A model generated the notes under the pieces. That model was not told the DNA's origin. It made no database searches and was given only the letters and a program-made list of their open reading frames with translations. A stretch of 64,000 nt of DNA from Camelus dromedarius (Eukaryota). Each line of letters opens with the position of its first letter. The stretch's first letter is position 1. Position numbers and translations under genes: made by a program. The stretch is from positions 20,710,001 through 20,774,000 of the forward strand of contig NC_087436.1 in NCBI RefSeq assembly GCF_036321535.1, read 5' to 3'. This document shows positions 35,600-48,154 of this stretch, piece by piece.

Positions 35600-38500
35600 C
35601 CTCTTTTCTTCTTCTTTTTAACTAGCGCGCGGGGAGGTGCTGCCACCGCGCGCCCCTTGACGTCACCGCTTCTCGCGCGCCCCCGCCCAGGGTGGGGGGA
35701 GGGGAGGGGCGGCCCCGGCGCGAGCGCGTCCCCCGGCCCCGGCGGCCTCCGGGGTGCGGCGGGGAGGGGCCGTGGGCCGCGGCAGCGGGCGGAGGGGGAG
35801 GGTCCAGCGGAGCCCTCGGAGCCAGCCTCGAGGGCGCGGAGCACGGCGCGCCCGCCTCGCCGCGCCACGCCGCCCGGGTGGGGGCGTGCATGGCCCTGGT
35901 CGCCCGTCGGTCCGCCTGGGACTGGGGCGCGGCCCGGAGGCTCCCCGCCGGCTCCTCTCTGCTCCAGTAGCCCCTCCGCGCGACCCCGGGCGTTAGGCTG
36001 CCGAGCTGAGGCTCCGAGAGCAAGTGAGTAAGAGAGGACTGCGGGAGGTGAGAAGGGAGGGGACCCTTCCAGGGCCTCCCCTACCCCGGCTTCGGCCCGC
36101 CCCTCGCCCGGGAGGGAGGATGAACCCAGTGGGCTGGAGTTGGCGGGAGGGAGCTTTCCGGCCCCTTTTCCTCCCGTGGCCCACACGGACCCCCCTGTCC
36201 CCTGGTGATTGCCAATGTGAAGCTCTAGCCGGTAAAAATCTTCCTGGGGGGTCTGTTTTTTGAGGCGGAGCGGGACAGCCCAGAAGCTGCAAGCCGCTGA
36301 GTATGTTGAGATGATTGGAAGACTGTGCTGAGAAGACGTACCCATCCGTGCCTCAGGTCTGCGCGCGCCTGAAGCGGCACGTGTGCGTGGGGTGGGGTGT
36401 CCGGGCCGAGTCAGTCCCCTGGAGGGACTGCCCCCGCCCAGGTCCTGGGCCAGGTGGCCCCGAACGCCCCTTTCGAGGGCCCTACCTGTGCCCTGGAACT
36501 CAGCCGGTCCGGCTGGCGCCTCCCCCGGAACTCAGGGACGCAGGTTCCCCTGCCCCAGGTGGAGTAGCAGGGAGGGAGCTAGCCTGGGAATATGGTTCGT
36601 TTTAAATGGAAAAAAAAAATCCTGAGGAGACTTAAGAGGCGTCAACTCTGGAAGAAGGATTAGTAGTAGTAGGTTTGCGGGCGTCAAGAAGGAGGAGGTG
36701 CTTCGTATCCCATGTATCTAAATAAATTAACTCGCCCCCCCTCGCCCGCTAGACCAAGTCTGCGTAAAGAGTTTCTAAAGCAATTAGTGCATTATCAAGT
36801 GTGGTAGCTTGACGTTGACTGGATCCCCTCAAGTTGGTATCAGGAGGAGTCTCCACGGAGTTGCATCACCAAATGTGCTTTCTGCCCACTTGAATATTTA
36901 ACAGGGGAGCTGACTTTCTGGTAGATGGGTTTTGAGGACGAGATAAGGCAGTTTTCTCATTTTGGCAGCGGAAGAACGTTCACCATATTTGGATTTGCTC
37001 CGCTTCTCTGGACACAGATTTCTCCAAGCTAATGTGAAAGCTGGTGACGGTGGAGGTGGATAGCTGATTGAACTAATTATTTTTAAAGTAGTCGACTGGC
37101 TTTCACTTCCTGGGCCCGGATTTACTAGTGGAGCTAGGTTTTTTTTCCCAAAAGAGGTGACAGATTGGAATAACTGAAAAGAATCTGCTGGGATGTTTCG
37201 TCCAGTCCTGAGCTCAGCGTAGGGTCCCGATGACGTACTTAACGTTTCTTCCAGGGCCTCTTGTATACACAAGACTTCTGTATGCTTGTGATTGCAAATG
37301 CCACTTCTGATCCCACAGACTGCTTTATCTGACATTCTTCCTGCTTTGAAGACTTTTAATGTAAAATAAATCATAGAGCTATAAAGACTTTAAGACTTTA
37401 AACTCTCCTTTAATAAACAAATCTGGAAGGGAACCCCATCAAGATTAAATCACTTGCACAATCTCATCTAATTAGGTGGTTTAAAAACCGGAGACCCAAC
37501 CTAGCTTTCCACTCTCCAAGGCTGTATTCCTAAATACCAGTTTTAGGTTGTTTTTCCAAAATAAAAATCCTTTAAAAATTATATTTCAATGGTTTATGCT
37601 CCCTCTCCAAGTGATGAGTTCATCTTTGTAGTTTTGGAACGGGAACAGGCCTTCCTCATGGTTTGTACTTAAAGACTAAGAACACTTAAAAGTAAGTTAA
37701 TTTTGGTTTTAAAAAAATATGCAGATGTTATGACCTGTGAGCCTAAGTAGATGTAGAGAGTTTATAAAAGATTACTGAAATGATACAAACTTGTTCTTTC
37801 TGCGTTAGTTGTGATAGTCAACTGGGTCACTGATGAATTAGCTGCATTTAGTTTCAGTGCCACTGATGTAATTTCCAAATAGTCACTAAGCAGTGTTATA
37901 CTAGTGAACTAACTTCTGATTCGTTTTTTGCAGAGCGAATTGCAAAGCTCATCTACAGCCAGATTGACAGCATAGTTTTTTAGGAATCAAGAATCAACTT
38001 TGGGCTATTTCCTAAAATTAAACCACGAAAGCCCTCTTGGAGTTTACACAGCCATCTGCAGCACTTGAATGTGAAAAATGATCTTCTTCCATCAGAGAGA
38101 TCGCCCTCTTCAGCTAAATCATCAGAAGTGGTGAGAAGAAGAGACCCTACCCGACCAAACTCATGCAGACAAATTAAATCCAGCTTTATTTTTTTAAGCA
38201 AGGAATGGAGTTGTACAGGGGTGGCCAGATCACCGCACTGATCGGTCCCCCTAGCACCTCCACCTCCATGCAGGTTGTACCCATGCAAGGCACTGGCTGA
38301 GGCAGCAAATGGGAGTTGAAATCCTGCTCATGATCCACTCACCAAGCCCAGTTGATTGGTGCATGGCCGTGTCTGCCCAGACGATGTGGCTTCTTTTTCT
38401 AATTTGCACCAGTGCACCCTGGTTGGGCTAGTGGCAAGTCTGACCATCCCACTCCCATATCGCAGTCCTACCTGGATTATATTCTTTGCCTCCGATGGAT

Positions 38501-38920
38501 TCAAGATTTTTATGAACAAATGACGTTTCTTGCAAAAGATGAAATAACTGACCCAAATTGAAATTGATTTCATAGGTAAAGCTCAGAATATGATCATAGA
38601 TAGGAATTATGTATATGTGTATTTACATATGTATGTATGCACAGTTATGTCTATGTATCAGAAGTTAGCATGACTTAAATTTGGTAAGTTTTATTTTAAA
38701 CTACTTTGGGTATGGGAATCAGTTTTATATATGGATTTCTGGACTTCACAGGAGTATTTACTATTTAATTCCATTTCAACAAATACATATTAAGTGCCAG
38801 GCACTGTGCTAATGTATACAGTAATGAAAAATAATACAAACACCCTGCCTGTAGGTAGTTACTAATCTAGTAAGGAAGACAAATGATAAGGTCACAAATA
38901 AACTTGTGATTATAAATTAC
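35600..38920 (+). ncRNA. Putative divergent antisense lncRNA (HHIP-AS1-like); boundaries uncertain
   Basis: Plus-strand donors at 36024 (CAA|GTGAGT) and 36048 (GAG|GTGAGA); acceptor with branch point ACTAAC 37908-37913 and ttttttgcag ending 37933; AATAAA 38897-38902. Human has HHIP-AS1 at this relative position. Confidence 0.4.
35658..35665. promoter_or_regulatory. Perfect CRE palindrome TGACGTCA in the proximal promoter
   Basis: Exact CREB/ATF consensus about 80 bp upstream of the inferred TSS, flanked by GC boxes (CCCCGCCC 35681-35688; GGGGCGG 35706-35712). Confidence 0.7.
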
Positions 38921-39060
38921 AGTAAAGGCTATGAAAAGAAATCCTAAGATGGAAAATAACAAGGCACATTTATTTCAGATTAGGTGACTGGAAACAGCCT
39001 CCCTGTGAAAATGACATGTCAGCTGGGACCTGAGGGTGAGCTCGAAGGAGTTTATGAAAT
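38770..39060 (-). mobile_element. L2 3'-end fragment
   Basis: CAACAAATACATATTAAGTGCCAGGCACTGTGCTA...GTGAAAATGACATGTCAGCTGGGACCTGA. Confidence 0.65.
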
Positions 39061-39089
39061 GCTGCCTCTCTGCCATTTAAAGTTCAGAA

Positions 39090-39513
39090 AAAGGAAGGAA
39101 ATAATGCCATCTGCAGCAACATGGATGGATCTAGAGATTATCATACTAAGCGAAGTAAGTCAGATAGAGAAAGACAAATACATGGTATCACTTATGGAAT
39201 CTAAAAACATGGTACAAATGAACTTATTTATAAAACAGAAATAGACTCAGATATAGAAAGCAAACTTACAGTTATCAAATGGGAAGGGGGTTGGGGGAGG
39301 GATAAATTAGGAATTTGGGATTAACAGATACACACTACTATATATGAAGTAGATAAACAACAAGGTCCCACTATGTAACACAGGGAACTATAGTCATTAT
39401 CTTGTAATAACCTATAATGGAAATGAATCTGGAAAAGAATGTATCGATGTATAACTGAACCACTTTGTTGTATACCTGAAACATTATAAATCAACCATCC
39501 TTCAATTAAAAAA
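39090..39513 (+). mobile_element. 5'-truncated L1 (ORF2 C-terminus plus 3' UTR)
   Basis: Encodes EIMPSAATWMDLEIIILSEVSQIEKDKY (L1 ORF2p C-terminus), G-rich 3'UTR tract, A tail; TSD TAAAGTTCAGAA 39078-39089 / TAAAGTCCAGAA 39516-39527 (11/12). Confidence 0.92.
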
Positions 39514-40269
39514 GATAAAGTCCAGAAGCATTTGAGTTCAGAGTAGAATACGATACATTTAAGGGAAAGCACAGAATAAAGTAGGTAACTAAGAAAGGAG
39601 AGGCTCTAGCCAAATTCATAGTGTAGTTTATAGACTGGGTAACTAATGAAGTTATGTTCATGTACGTGTCATTTTCTCTTGTGAGTACTTTGTCTTTGAT
39701 GATCTTTGCTTCTTTCTTTAAATCCTGGTTTTCAGCTTTTAGGAATTTTAGTTCGAATGGCCCTTCAGCCATGGCTTCTCATCTAACTGGCACGTATTTT
39801 CTTGGTTTGTTTTCATTTTTGCATTGATCATAACCGTCTGAGGTTTTTTCCATACGTGGGAATTCTATGTGATTGGAAGCTCTGTGCAGGCAGGAATTAC
39901 ATTTCCTTCCTCCTGGTCACCCCAGCACAGTCCCGATCAGCCTCATCATACGGTGCCAGCCTCTCGATGAATGCGGCTGTCTAGCCTCATTTCACTTAAT
40001 GCTTTTTAAAGGTTTACATGGAGGGAGTACTTGCATTATAAAAAATTTTAATTGTTAAACAGAAGGGAAAACACAACTTAAAGTGCACCTTCACCAAGGA
40101 ATTTCAGGAGACCTTGTTACTAAAGGATGATTCCCCCCAGGAAGGGCAGCCAAGAAAGCCAGAGAATAAATACACAGCCTTTAAAAACTAAAGACTGGTT
40201 ATCGTTCAAGTACGCTGACAACAGTGGTAGGGTTGCTGGTAGGGGTTTTTTCTAGAGTTATTCAGTCTT

Positions 40270-41110
40270 TAGTTTAAAAGTTGGTACCTGCTGTGTGCCA
40301 GATCCCACTCTGGGTACTGGGGACACAGCAGTGAATGAAACTCCTTTCATGGAGCATGAAACTTCTTTCCACTGGGGCAGACAGACAACAAGTAGCCACA
40401 GAATGTGCCAGAGGGTGAGTGCTACAGAGAGAAGGGGCGCGAGGAACGAGTGCGGTGCTGGAGAGAAATAGTCATTTTATATCCCTTCGTATCTGCAAGT
40501 TCCACGTCTGGGGATTCAACCAGCTGCCATCGAAAATTTTTTTTTAATTCCATTCAGTTACAAAAAGCAAAACTGAAATTTGCCATGTGCTGGCAACTAT
40601 TTACATAGCATTTACATTGTATTCACAACTATTTATATAGCACTTACATTGTATTGAGTATTTTAAATAATCTAGGGATGATTTAAAGTGTCCTGGAGGA
40701 TGTGCATGGCTTATATGCAAATACTATGCCATTTTGTATAAGGGACTTGAGCACCTGTGGATTGTGGCTTCTGGGGGTCCTGGAATCAATTCCTTGTGGA
40801 TCCCAGGGGTGATTGTACATTGTCAGGAAACTGTCTCCAGAGACTGGGGCGTAGATATGTGGGCAGAGAGTTGAAGCAGTGAGCTACATGCCCGCGTATG
40901 TCTGTAAGCACAGGGAACAGCAAGTCAAAGGCCATAAAGCAAGCATGCTTGGTATGTTTCAGGATTAGCAAAGAGACCAGTGCAGCTGGAGTAGAGTGGG
41001 TGACAGAGGAAATGACAAGAAGTGAGGGCAGAGAAGTAGCCAGGGGCCTGGATTGCATAGGATTTAAAAACTATGTTATGGACCTTGGCTTTTTCCTCTG
41101 AATGAAATGG
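40270..41110 (-). mobile_element. L2 fragment interrupted by a DNA transposon
   Basis: ACCTGCTGTGTGCCAG...TGGGGACACAGCAGTGAA on the left; AGCAAAGAGACCAGTGCAGCTGGAGTAGAGTG...GGACCTTGGCTTTTTCCTCTGAATGAAATGG on the right. Confidence 0.7.
40478..40818. mobile_element. MER2/Tigger3-like TcMar element nested in L2
   Basis: Duplicated CAACTATTTA(C/T)ATAGCA(T/C)TTACATTGTATT motif, TTATATGCAAATACTATGCCATTTT, AGGGACTTGAGCA, GGGGTCCTGGAATCAATTCC. Confidence 0.8.
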
Positions 41111-41469
41111 TTATGACTCAGGGGTCTTGTCAAAAATAAAGAAATGCCATTTATTAATGTATTATTAAACATAATAGCTATTTCCTGTTCCCACAGAGCA
41201 AATTAAACATAAGGACTTAGTTAAATGGGTGTTGAGAAACTGAAAACAGTTAAAAAAGATCAATGAAGTAAAAGTGACTGCAGTAGGCAGCTCCCATCCC
41301 TGGGGATCGAGGAACACGGGAAGTTGGGGTTACCAAAGCCTAGAAGCTGACTCAGGAGCCCTAGGGGTTGTTGCCCAGCTGATGCAGATACCCCCGTGAA
41401 GGTGACATGAAGTTGACTGTGGGTGTGCTGGGAGAAAACTGGGCACGAACTGACTGACACTGACAGGAT

Positions 41470-41886
41470 GGGTTAATTTCCTAGGGCTGCCATGGCAAAG
41501 TACCACGAACTAGGTGGCTGAAAGCAAGCAGAGAGCATTCTCTCACAGATCTGGCGGCTGGAAGTCGGAAATCCAAGAGTGGGCAGTGTTGGTTCCTTAG
41601 GGAGAATCCGTTCTGGGCTCTCAGTCCTGGGAGCCTCAGGCATTCCTTTCCTTGGTTTGTAGCTGGTGTCCTCCCTGTGGCGTCACATCTTCTTCCCTCC
41701 ATGCATGTCTGTCTCTGTGTCTGTATTTCCCCCTCTTTTGAGGACATCAGTCATGTTGGATTAATGTCTACGTCATCTTAGCTCACTCATTTGCCAGCAC
41801 CTAATTCTCAGTTAAGGCCACATTCACAGGTACTGGGGGTTAAGACTTAAACATCTTTTGAGAGGGACAGAGTTTAGTCCATAATA
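41470..41886. mobile_element. MaLR solo LTR (MLT1B/C-like)
   Basis: TTTCCTAGGGCTGCCATGGCAAAGTACCACGAACTAGGTGGCT...AAGGCCACATTCACAGGTACTGGGGGTTAAGACTT...TTTAGTCCATAATA. Confidence 0.85.
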
Positions 41887-41989
41887 CAAGATAAGGGGGC
41901 ACTGCTGGGGTGATGCAGACAGGAATGGTGAGGAAGGAGGAAGGAATAGGACCTTTTTCATCACTGCCTTCCAGCCTCCCTCTTCTGCG

Positions 41990-42340
41990 CTGTCTTAGGT
42001 CAGATGGCCAGTAAGCAGAGCTCAAGACAGGGATCCCTGGGCAGGTGCTTTACTGAAGGAAAAGGAGAGTGATGGAAGCAGGATAGGGCAGGAGAACAAA
42101 GCTGAGGAAGGATGAGGCTAAGGATGTAAGCTGGAGACTGGCTTCAGTCTGATCTCACAAGGAATCTCTTGAGCACGAAGTGCACCACAGAGTTGGTCCC
42201 ATCCTGGCGCAGAGTGAGGTGGAGTGGACTGATTTTTTTTCACCTACGTATCAGTTGGTTACTGTTTGCAGGTTGCCCTCAGGGAGACAGGTCCTGTTCT
42301 GCCAAGAACAGTGCTCTGGAGAAGGGGCAGCTGTGAACTC
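41990..42340. mobile_element. ERVL LTR fragment (LTR33/LTR41-like)
   Basis: TGTCTTAGGT start, GGAAGCAGGATAGGGCAGG, CTGATCTCACAAGGAATCTCT, CACCACAGAGTTGGTCCC. Confidence 0.5.
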
Positions 42341-42349
42341 TGATAGCCT

Positions 42350-45300
42350 ATATTTTTCAAGGAATTTGTCCATTTCATCTGTTGACATAAAGTTGTTCAT
42401 AATATTGATGTGTTAATCCTTTTATTCTATAGATTCTATAGAAATGTCACCTCACTCATTCCTAATATTGACAGTTTGTGTCTTCTGTCTTATTTTATGA
42501 TCAGTGTGGCTGGAGGTTTATCAAATTTTTTTGGTTTCATCAAAGAACCAGTTCTTGGTTTCATTAATTTTTTTCCTATTTTTCTGATCTTTTTTTTGTT
42601 TTTGTTTTTGTTTTTTAGTTTATTTCCCCTCTGATCTTTATTGTTTACTCTCTTCTGCTTACTTTGGGTTTAATTTGCTCTGATTTAGCTACTTTCTTAA
42701 GATGGAACCTGAGGTCATTAATTTGGGACCTCTCTTTTTTTCTAACGTAGGCATTTAGCAATATGCGTTTTCCTCGTGGTACGGCATTTAGCCACATCCC
42801 ACAAAATTTGCAGTGTTGTGCTCTCAGTTGCATTCAGTTCAAAATGCTAATTTCCCCTTTGAGTTCTTCTTGACCAGTAGGTAATAAATGTCTCAGTACT
42901 TGGGGATTTTGTTGTTGTTGTTGAAGCCTTTCTGTTGTTGATTCTAATTCAATTCCATTGTAGTCAGAGAGCTTAATCTGTACGAATTGATTCTTTTAAA
43001 AATTTGGGGAACTTTTATGGGTAGGAAAATGGTCTATATTGGTAAACATTCTGTCCACAATGGTGAAGATTGTACACTTTGCTGCTGTTGGGTGGGACGT
43101 TCTGTAAATGTCAAGTAGGTTGATTTGTTAGATAGTGTTGTTTGGTCTTCTTTCTTTATTGGTTTTCTGTCACTTGTTCTATCAGCTATTGAGAGAGGAA
43201 TAAATATTGACAGCTCTGAATGTATTATGGATTTTCCTGTTTCTTGTAGTTCTGTCAGTCTTTTAAAATATGTTCCGAAGCTCTGATAATTGAGTGCATA
43301 AGCATTTAGGACTGTTATGTCGTCCTCATGAATTACCTCCTTTTGTCATTCTGAAATGTCTTTCTTTATCCTTGATAATCTTTGCTCCAAAATCTACTTG
43401 TTATTAATATTACCACTCTTTCTTTCTCTTGATCAGTGTTAACAGATTTCCTCTCATCCTTTTACTTTTGATTTATTTCCGTCTTCATATTTAAAGTGCA
43501 TTTATTGTAGGCAGCATACAATTGGATTTTGTTTATTTTTGTCAATGTGACCTATGACTTTTAATTGAGGTGTTTAGCCCCTTTACATTTGATGTAATTA
43601 CCAATCCAGCTGGGTTTAAAATCCAACTCTGTACTATTTGTTTTTTATGTGTCCCATCTATTTTTTTGTTATCTTTTAATTCTTTAGCTCTTCTTTGGGA
43701 TTATTTTAATTTATTCCAATTTCTCTGTTATTGGCTTATTAGCTATAATTTTTTTCTTAATGCTTACTTTAGAGTTTGAATTTTTTTAACTTATAGTGTG
43801 CCTTCAGTTAATATTATAGCATTTCATATATAGTATAAAAACCTTAACAGTATACTTTTATTTTCCCCTCCCAGCCTTTGTACATATGCTCCCCATATGT
43901 TAAAACCTCAGTATGTATTGTTACTTTTTTCTTTAGACAGGTACTTATTTTTTAGATTTTAAATAAGAATAAACATCTCTTATATCTACCACATAATTAA
44001 CATTTTGGTGCTCTCCATTCCTTAGTGTAGATCTAGATTTTTATTGGTATGATTTTCCTCTGAAGCACATGTGTTAACAGTTCTTGTTAGCCTTGTAGTA
44101 ATAGTGTGAGTGTGATTGAGTCAGACAGTCTTTATTTTACCTTTGTTTTTGAAAGACAGTTTTGCTGGGTATAGAATTTAGGTTTACAGGGTTGTTGTAC
44201 CGTTTCTTCCCCCAGTGCTTTACAGATGTTGCTCTGCTATCAACTCTATTTTTTCAAGGAGAACTTAACTTGCTCTCACTTTTATTTTGTTTTTTGTATG
44301 TATGTACATTTTTCTCTGGTTGCTTGTTACATTTTCCCTTTATCAGTGGGTGTAAGCTTTGTAATTGTTATGCCTTTCTATAGTTTTATGTTTCTTGTGC
44401 TTGGGTGTGTTGAGATTTTTGGATTTGTGGGTTTATAGATTTCATCAAATGTGGAAAATTTGGAGCCATGATGTCTTTAATATATCCTCTCTCCCTCTCC
44501 TTTGGGGAGTCTAATTATATATATCTGTTAGGCAACTTGAAAATGTCCCACAACTTTAAGTTTTTATTCTCTCTGTATTTCATTTTCATTTCTATATTGT
44601 CACGTTCACTAATCTTTAATTCTGCAATGTCTAATCTGCTATCATTTTAGCTCAGGTATTTTCTGTTTCAAGTATTGCATTTTTCATCTTGAAAAGTTTG
44701 ATTCTTTTAAAAATCAGGTCTGTACTTTACCTGCTGAGTCTTTTCTCTACATACTTGAACATATGAAATTTCATTACAATAACTGTCTTAATGTTCTTGT
44801 CCAGCATTTCTGTCATCTGTGCTAATTCTGGGACTGTGTTTATTCACGGTTTTTTCTCCTTATCATGGCTTATATCATCCTACTTCTTTGTCAGCTTGAT
44901 AATTTTTTGTTAAATTCCAAACCTGATTTTTATCTTGTTGGATGCTTAATATTACATTCTCATAAGTATTCTTGAGCTTTGCTCTGAAGTTTGGTTAAAT
45001 GGCTTGGTGACAGTTTGATCTTTCCAAGCCTGCTCTTAACGCTTGTTAGGTAAAACCAGAATCATCTTTAATCTAAGGCTAATTTCTTCCACTACTGGGG
45101 TAATATCATTGTAAATGCTCTACCTGATTTTCCTTGAATTATGGTGTTTTTTCCTCTGGCTGTTTGGAACATGAACTATTCTTGGACCTGCCTCAGCTCT
45201 GAATATCTGCTCTTTTCAAGCAGTTCTTTCCCTTCAGGCAATTTCTCCACAGGCACATGCTACTAAATATGAAAACTGGAGGGGGTATCCCCTGTGGATC

Positions 45301-45680
45301 TCCGTAGCTCCTTCTCTGTACAGCTGTCTTCTCTCCAGTCCTCTGCTTTTTGAACTCCAGCTCTTGGCCTGTCTAGACTCCATGTGTCTCTCCTCAGTGC
45401 AGGGTTAGTGCCTGGTTTTGTTTGGATTCCCCGTCCCTGCACCGCAGCCTGGAAACTCTGTCTGGGCAGTAAGCTGGGACAGTCATGGGGCTCACCTTGT
45501 TTGTTTTCCCTCTCTCAGGGACCAGTGGCCTCTGCCTACTTGGTTGATACATAGTGCCTGAAAACCTTGTCCAGGTTTTTAGCCCTCATGTTCATAATAA
45601 TAGAAGAGGAGCTGTCTAGTTGTTTCAGGAAGGGTGGTAAACCCAGTCCCTCTTACTCCATTTTGGCTAGAAGCAGAATT
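42350..45680 (-). mobile_element. Old L1M element: 5' region, decayed ORF1 and start of ORF2
   Basis: ORF 42645..42833 gives LNAYVRKKERSQINDLRFHLKKVAKSEQIKPKVSRRE (L1 ORF2p just after the endonuclease). Strongly T-rich plus strand; ends at CAGTCCCTCTTACTCCATTTTGGCTAGAAGCAGAA, typical of old L1 5' ends. Confidence 0.85.
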
Positions 45681-46619
45681 CTTTTTCTTTTTCTTTTTTT
45701 TTTTTTCTGGTGACATTTTTGATAACCAATTCAATTTCTTTAAAATTTTAGGCTGTAACAGTCACCAAGTTCATTTCACTTCAGTTGCGTCTTGTCAGCT
45801 CGTGGTCATGTTCTGCCTCCTTAGACCTATGGCTTAGTCTATACCCTGACCAGGTAGTTGGAAGGAGTTTATTTCGGGTGTTTTTCCATTTTGCCCTTTG
45901 TGACAAGAAGTGACCCTCATTAAGTACATTTGCATTTCCCTTCTTGTATCAAGCCCTCTCAACTCTGTCCACCGCTTTCTGCTTCTCAAGCCAGACGCTG
46001 GCTGTCTTCCTTCCTCTGCCACCACTCTGGGGGAACCCCGACTCTCCGAACGTACTTCTCCTTGTGCTCCAACAGCAACAGTTACTTCTGTTTATGCTAG
46101 ACAATGTGTTCGATTTATTTAGAAAACACACAAAAAACCCTTCTTCTACTTTTTTTTTTTTTTTTTTTTGCCTAGAGGGTAACACCTGGCTGCTGTGTGT
46201 TCTGAATACAAGGATGGGGAATTAGCAGCAGGCTTTGACCACATGCTTCTGTTTCCAGCCCTCTGAGGTTCGCTGCTGCCCATCACACCTGGAGTCCTGA
46301 GGCTGTAACCCCATCCCCCTCTGAGAGGCCGAAGGGCTCCCTCCTTGGCTGCAGGCCCCACACTCCATGTTTATTCTGGGCTGTGTCTTTTTCTCATCTG
46401 CCTTCTTGAACTCCACTCCTCCACTAGCTTCCCGTCTTCTAGAACCATGTTGAAATAGTTCATCCATTGATAAGCTCCTTCCTGTTCTTCACTGCTCTGT
46501 GTTTTCCCCTCCCCTTTAAACTGATACATTCTTCTTTTAATAGGATCCAAGGAATGAGAGGAAATGTATATACAAGCGTACGGTTCAGTTCGTATTCTTG
46601 ACCTGGCACCCACTGCTAT

Positions 46620-47110
46620 TTAGTTACTATAACTGTTTTATTATTTCTGCAAGTTACATTTAGTTCTTTAATTCACACTGTTGACCAATTCCTTTCTCTG
46701 AAACTATGTCTTTCCTTGTTTCAGTAACTCCAGTCTCAACTGATTTTTCTCTTACTTATCTGGATATTGCTCCTCGGGCTTCACTTCCTCTCTACATCTC
46801 GTTACGTATTTTTATACCCCAGATTCGGATCCTTGACCTTCTTCTTGGCTTAATACCTATAGGACATTTGTACCTGTAGATCCACTGGCTGTTTCAAACT
46901 CAGCACACCCTAAACCCAACTTGCCACCTTCACTCCCAGATCTGCTCCTCCACCACCTGTACCTCCTGTCTTGAGGAATAGAGCTTCTGGACCTCTAACC
47001 ACCAAGATAGAAGTTTAGAAGCCACCTCTACTCCCATTTCAGATATAATTGGCCATAATGTCTTGCCTGTGCTGTCTCCTAAATATTGCTCACATGTATT
47101 CACTTCTTTC
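46620..47110 (+). mobile_element. L2 fragment
   Basis: TTTCAAACTCAGCACACCCTAAACCCAACTT...CCCAGATCTGCTCCTCC and pyrimidine-rich L2 body. Confidence 0.55.
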
Positions 47111-47454
47111 CATTCTCTCAACTACTGCTTCTTTTATTTCTATTATTTTTAATTTTTATTATAGAAAAACTTAAACATAGTAAAATGTGCCTGCACCCAG
47201 TGTCAACAATTATCAACATTTGGCTAATTTTGTTTTTATCATGTCTACCCCTCCTTATTTTGCCACTCCATTATTTTAAAACACGTTCCAGATGTTATAT
47301 CATTTCATCAGTAAAAAACTTCAATGTGTATTTCTAGAAGGAAAAGATATTTAAATATGTAGGCACAAAATCTTTATCATCATAAAATAACAATTCCTTT
47401 AAAATATATTCATATATCCAGTAAGTGTGTATTTTCCTTGGTTGTCTCATATTT

Positions 47455-47479
47455 TTGTTGTTGTTGTTGTTGTTGTTGT
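47455..47479. repeat. (TTG)n microsatellite
   Basis: Directly visible. Confidence 0.9.
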
Positions 47480-47920
47480 TTTTACAGTAGATTGATTCAA
47501 ATCTGAAAAGAAGCAGGAACCACACACTGTATTTGGTTTATATGATTTAACTGAGTCTCCTTTAGTGTAGGGGTTCCTCCTCCCTTTTTGTTTTTCCTTC
47601 TCTTGTTTGTTGAAGAAGTCAGGTCATTGGTCCTGTAGAATCTCCCTCATTGTGAATTTTTCTGACTGCACCCTCCTGGTGTCATTAGAGATGTTTCTCT
47701 ATTTCTGTTATTTTCTGCAAACTCATAGTTAAATCTAGAAGTTTCATTAGAATTTCTGTAAGAATGATCCGTAGGTGGATTCCATTTCATTGTATCAGGG
47801 GACATAAAATGTACAATTGTTTCAATTTTTGTAATGGTAAGATTTTTCAGTGGCTTAGTGTGTTATTGTACTGATCCATCCATTAGAAAAAAAAAACCTG
47901 TAACCTCTCACCAAGTGGTT

Positions 47921-48154
47921 TTTTTTTAAACTTTTTTTTATTGAGTTATAGTCATTTTACAATGTTGTATCAAATTCCAGTGTAGAGCACAATTTTTCAG
48001 TTATACATGAACGTACAAATATTCATTGTCACATTTTTTCGCTGTGAGCTACCCCAGGATCTTGTATATATTTCCCTTTGCTATACAGTATAATCTTGTT
48101 TATCTATTCTACATTTTGAAATCCAAGTCTATCCCTTCCCACCCCCTGCCCCCT
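47921..48154 (-). mobile_element. Young 5'-truncated L1 3' end (camelid-type)
   Basis: Poly(T) plus TTTATT at left, C-rich tract at right; perfect 15-bp TSD TCTCACCAAGTGGTT at 47906-47920 and 48155-48169. Confidence 0.9.

Larger units (their letters stand above)
34560..36770. promoter_or_regulatory. CpG island / HHIP promoter, probably bidirectional
   Basis: Abrupt GC- and CpG-rich block (many CGCG, GGGCGG) in AT-rich surroundings, spanning exon 1 and about 1.2 kb upstream. Confidence 0.93.

Noticed and set aside
34401..36625. Many overlapping 60-250 aa ORFs on both strands (e.g. 35587..36345, 34457..34996, 35537..36031)
   Set aside because: Pro/Gly/Arg/Ala-rich translations expected from stop-poor CpG-island DNA; no recognisable domain. 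Only the HHIP exon-1 frame is supported.
38215..38445. GC-richer block upstream of the promoter as a unique regulatory element
   Set aside because: Its end (TTTCTAATTTGCACCAGTGCACC...GGGCTAGTGGC) resembles an old hAT-type transposon; I cannot assign the family confidently.
40594..40655. 30-bp tandem direct repeat resembling a CRISPR-like or novel repeat
   Set aside because: Only two copies and an internal feature of the MER2/Tigger3-like element; the DNA is mammalian.
42350..45680. Hydrophobic Phe/Leu-rich plus-strand ORFs suggesting membrane proteins (also at 62-63.5 kb)
   Set aside because: They are the T-rich antisense strand of decayed L1 elements.
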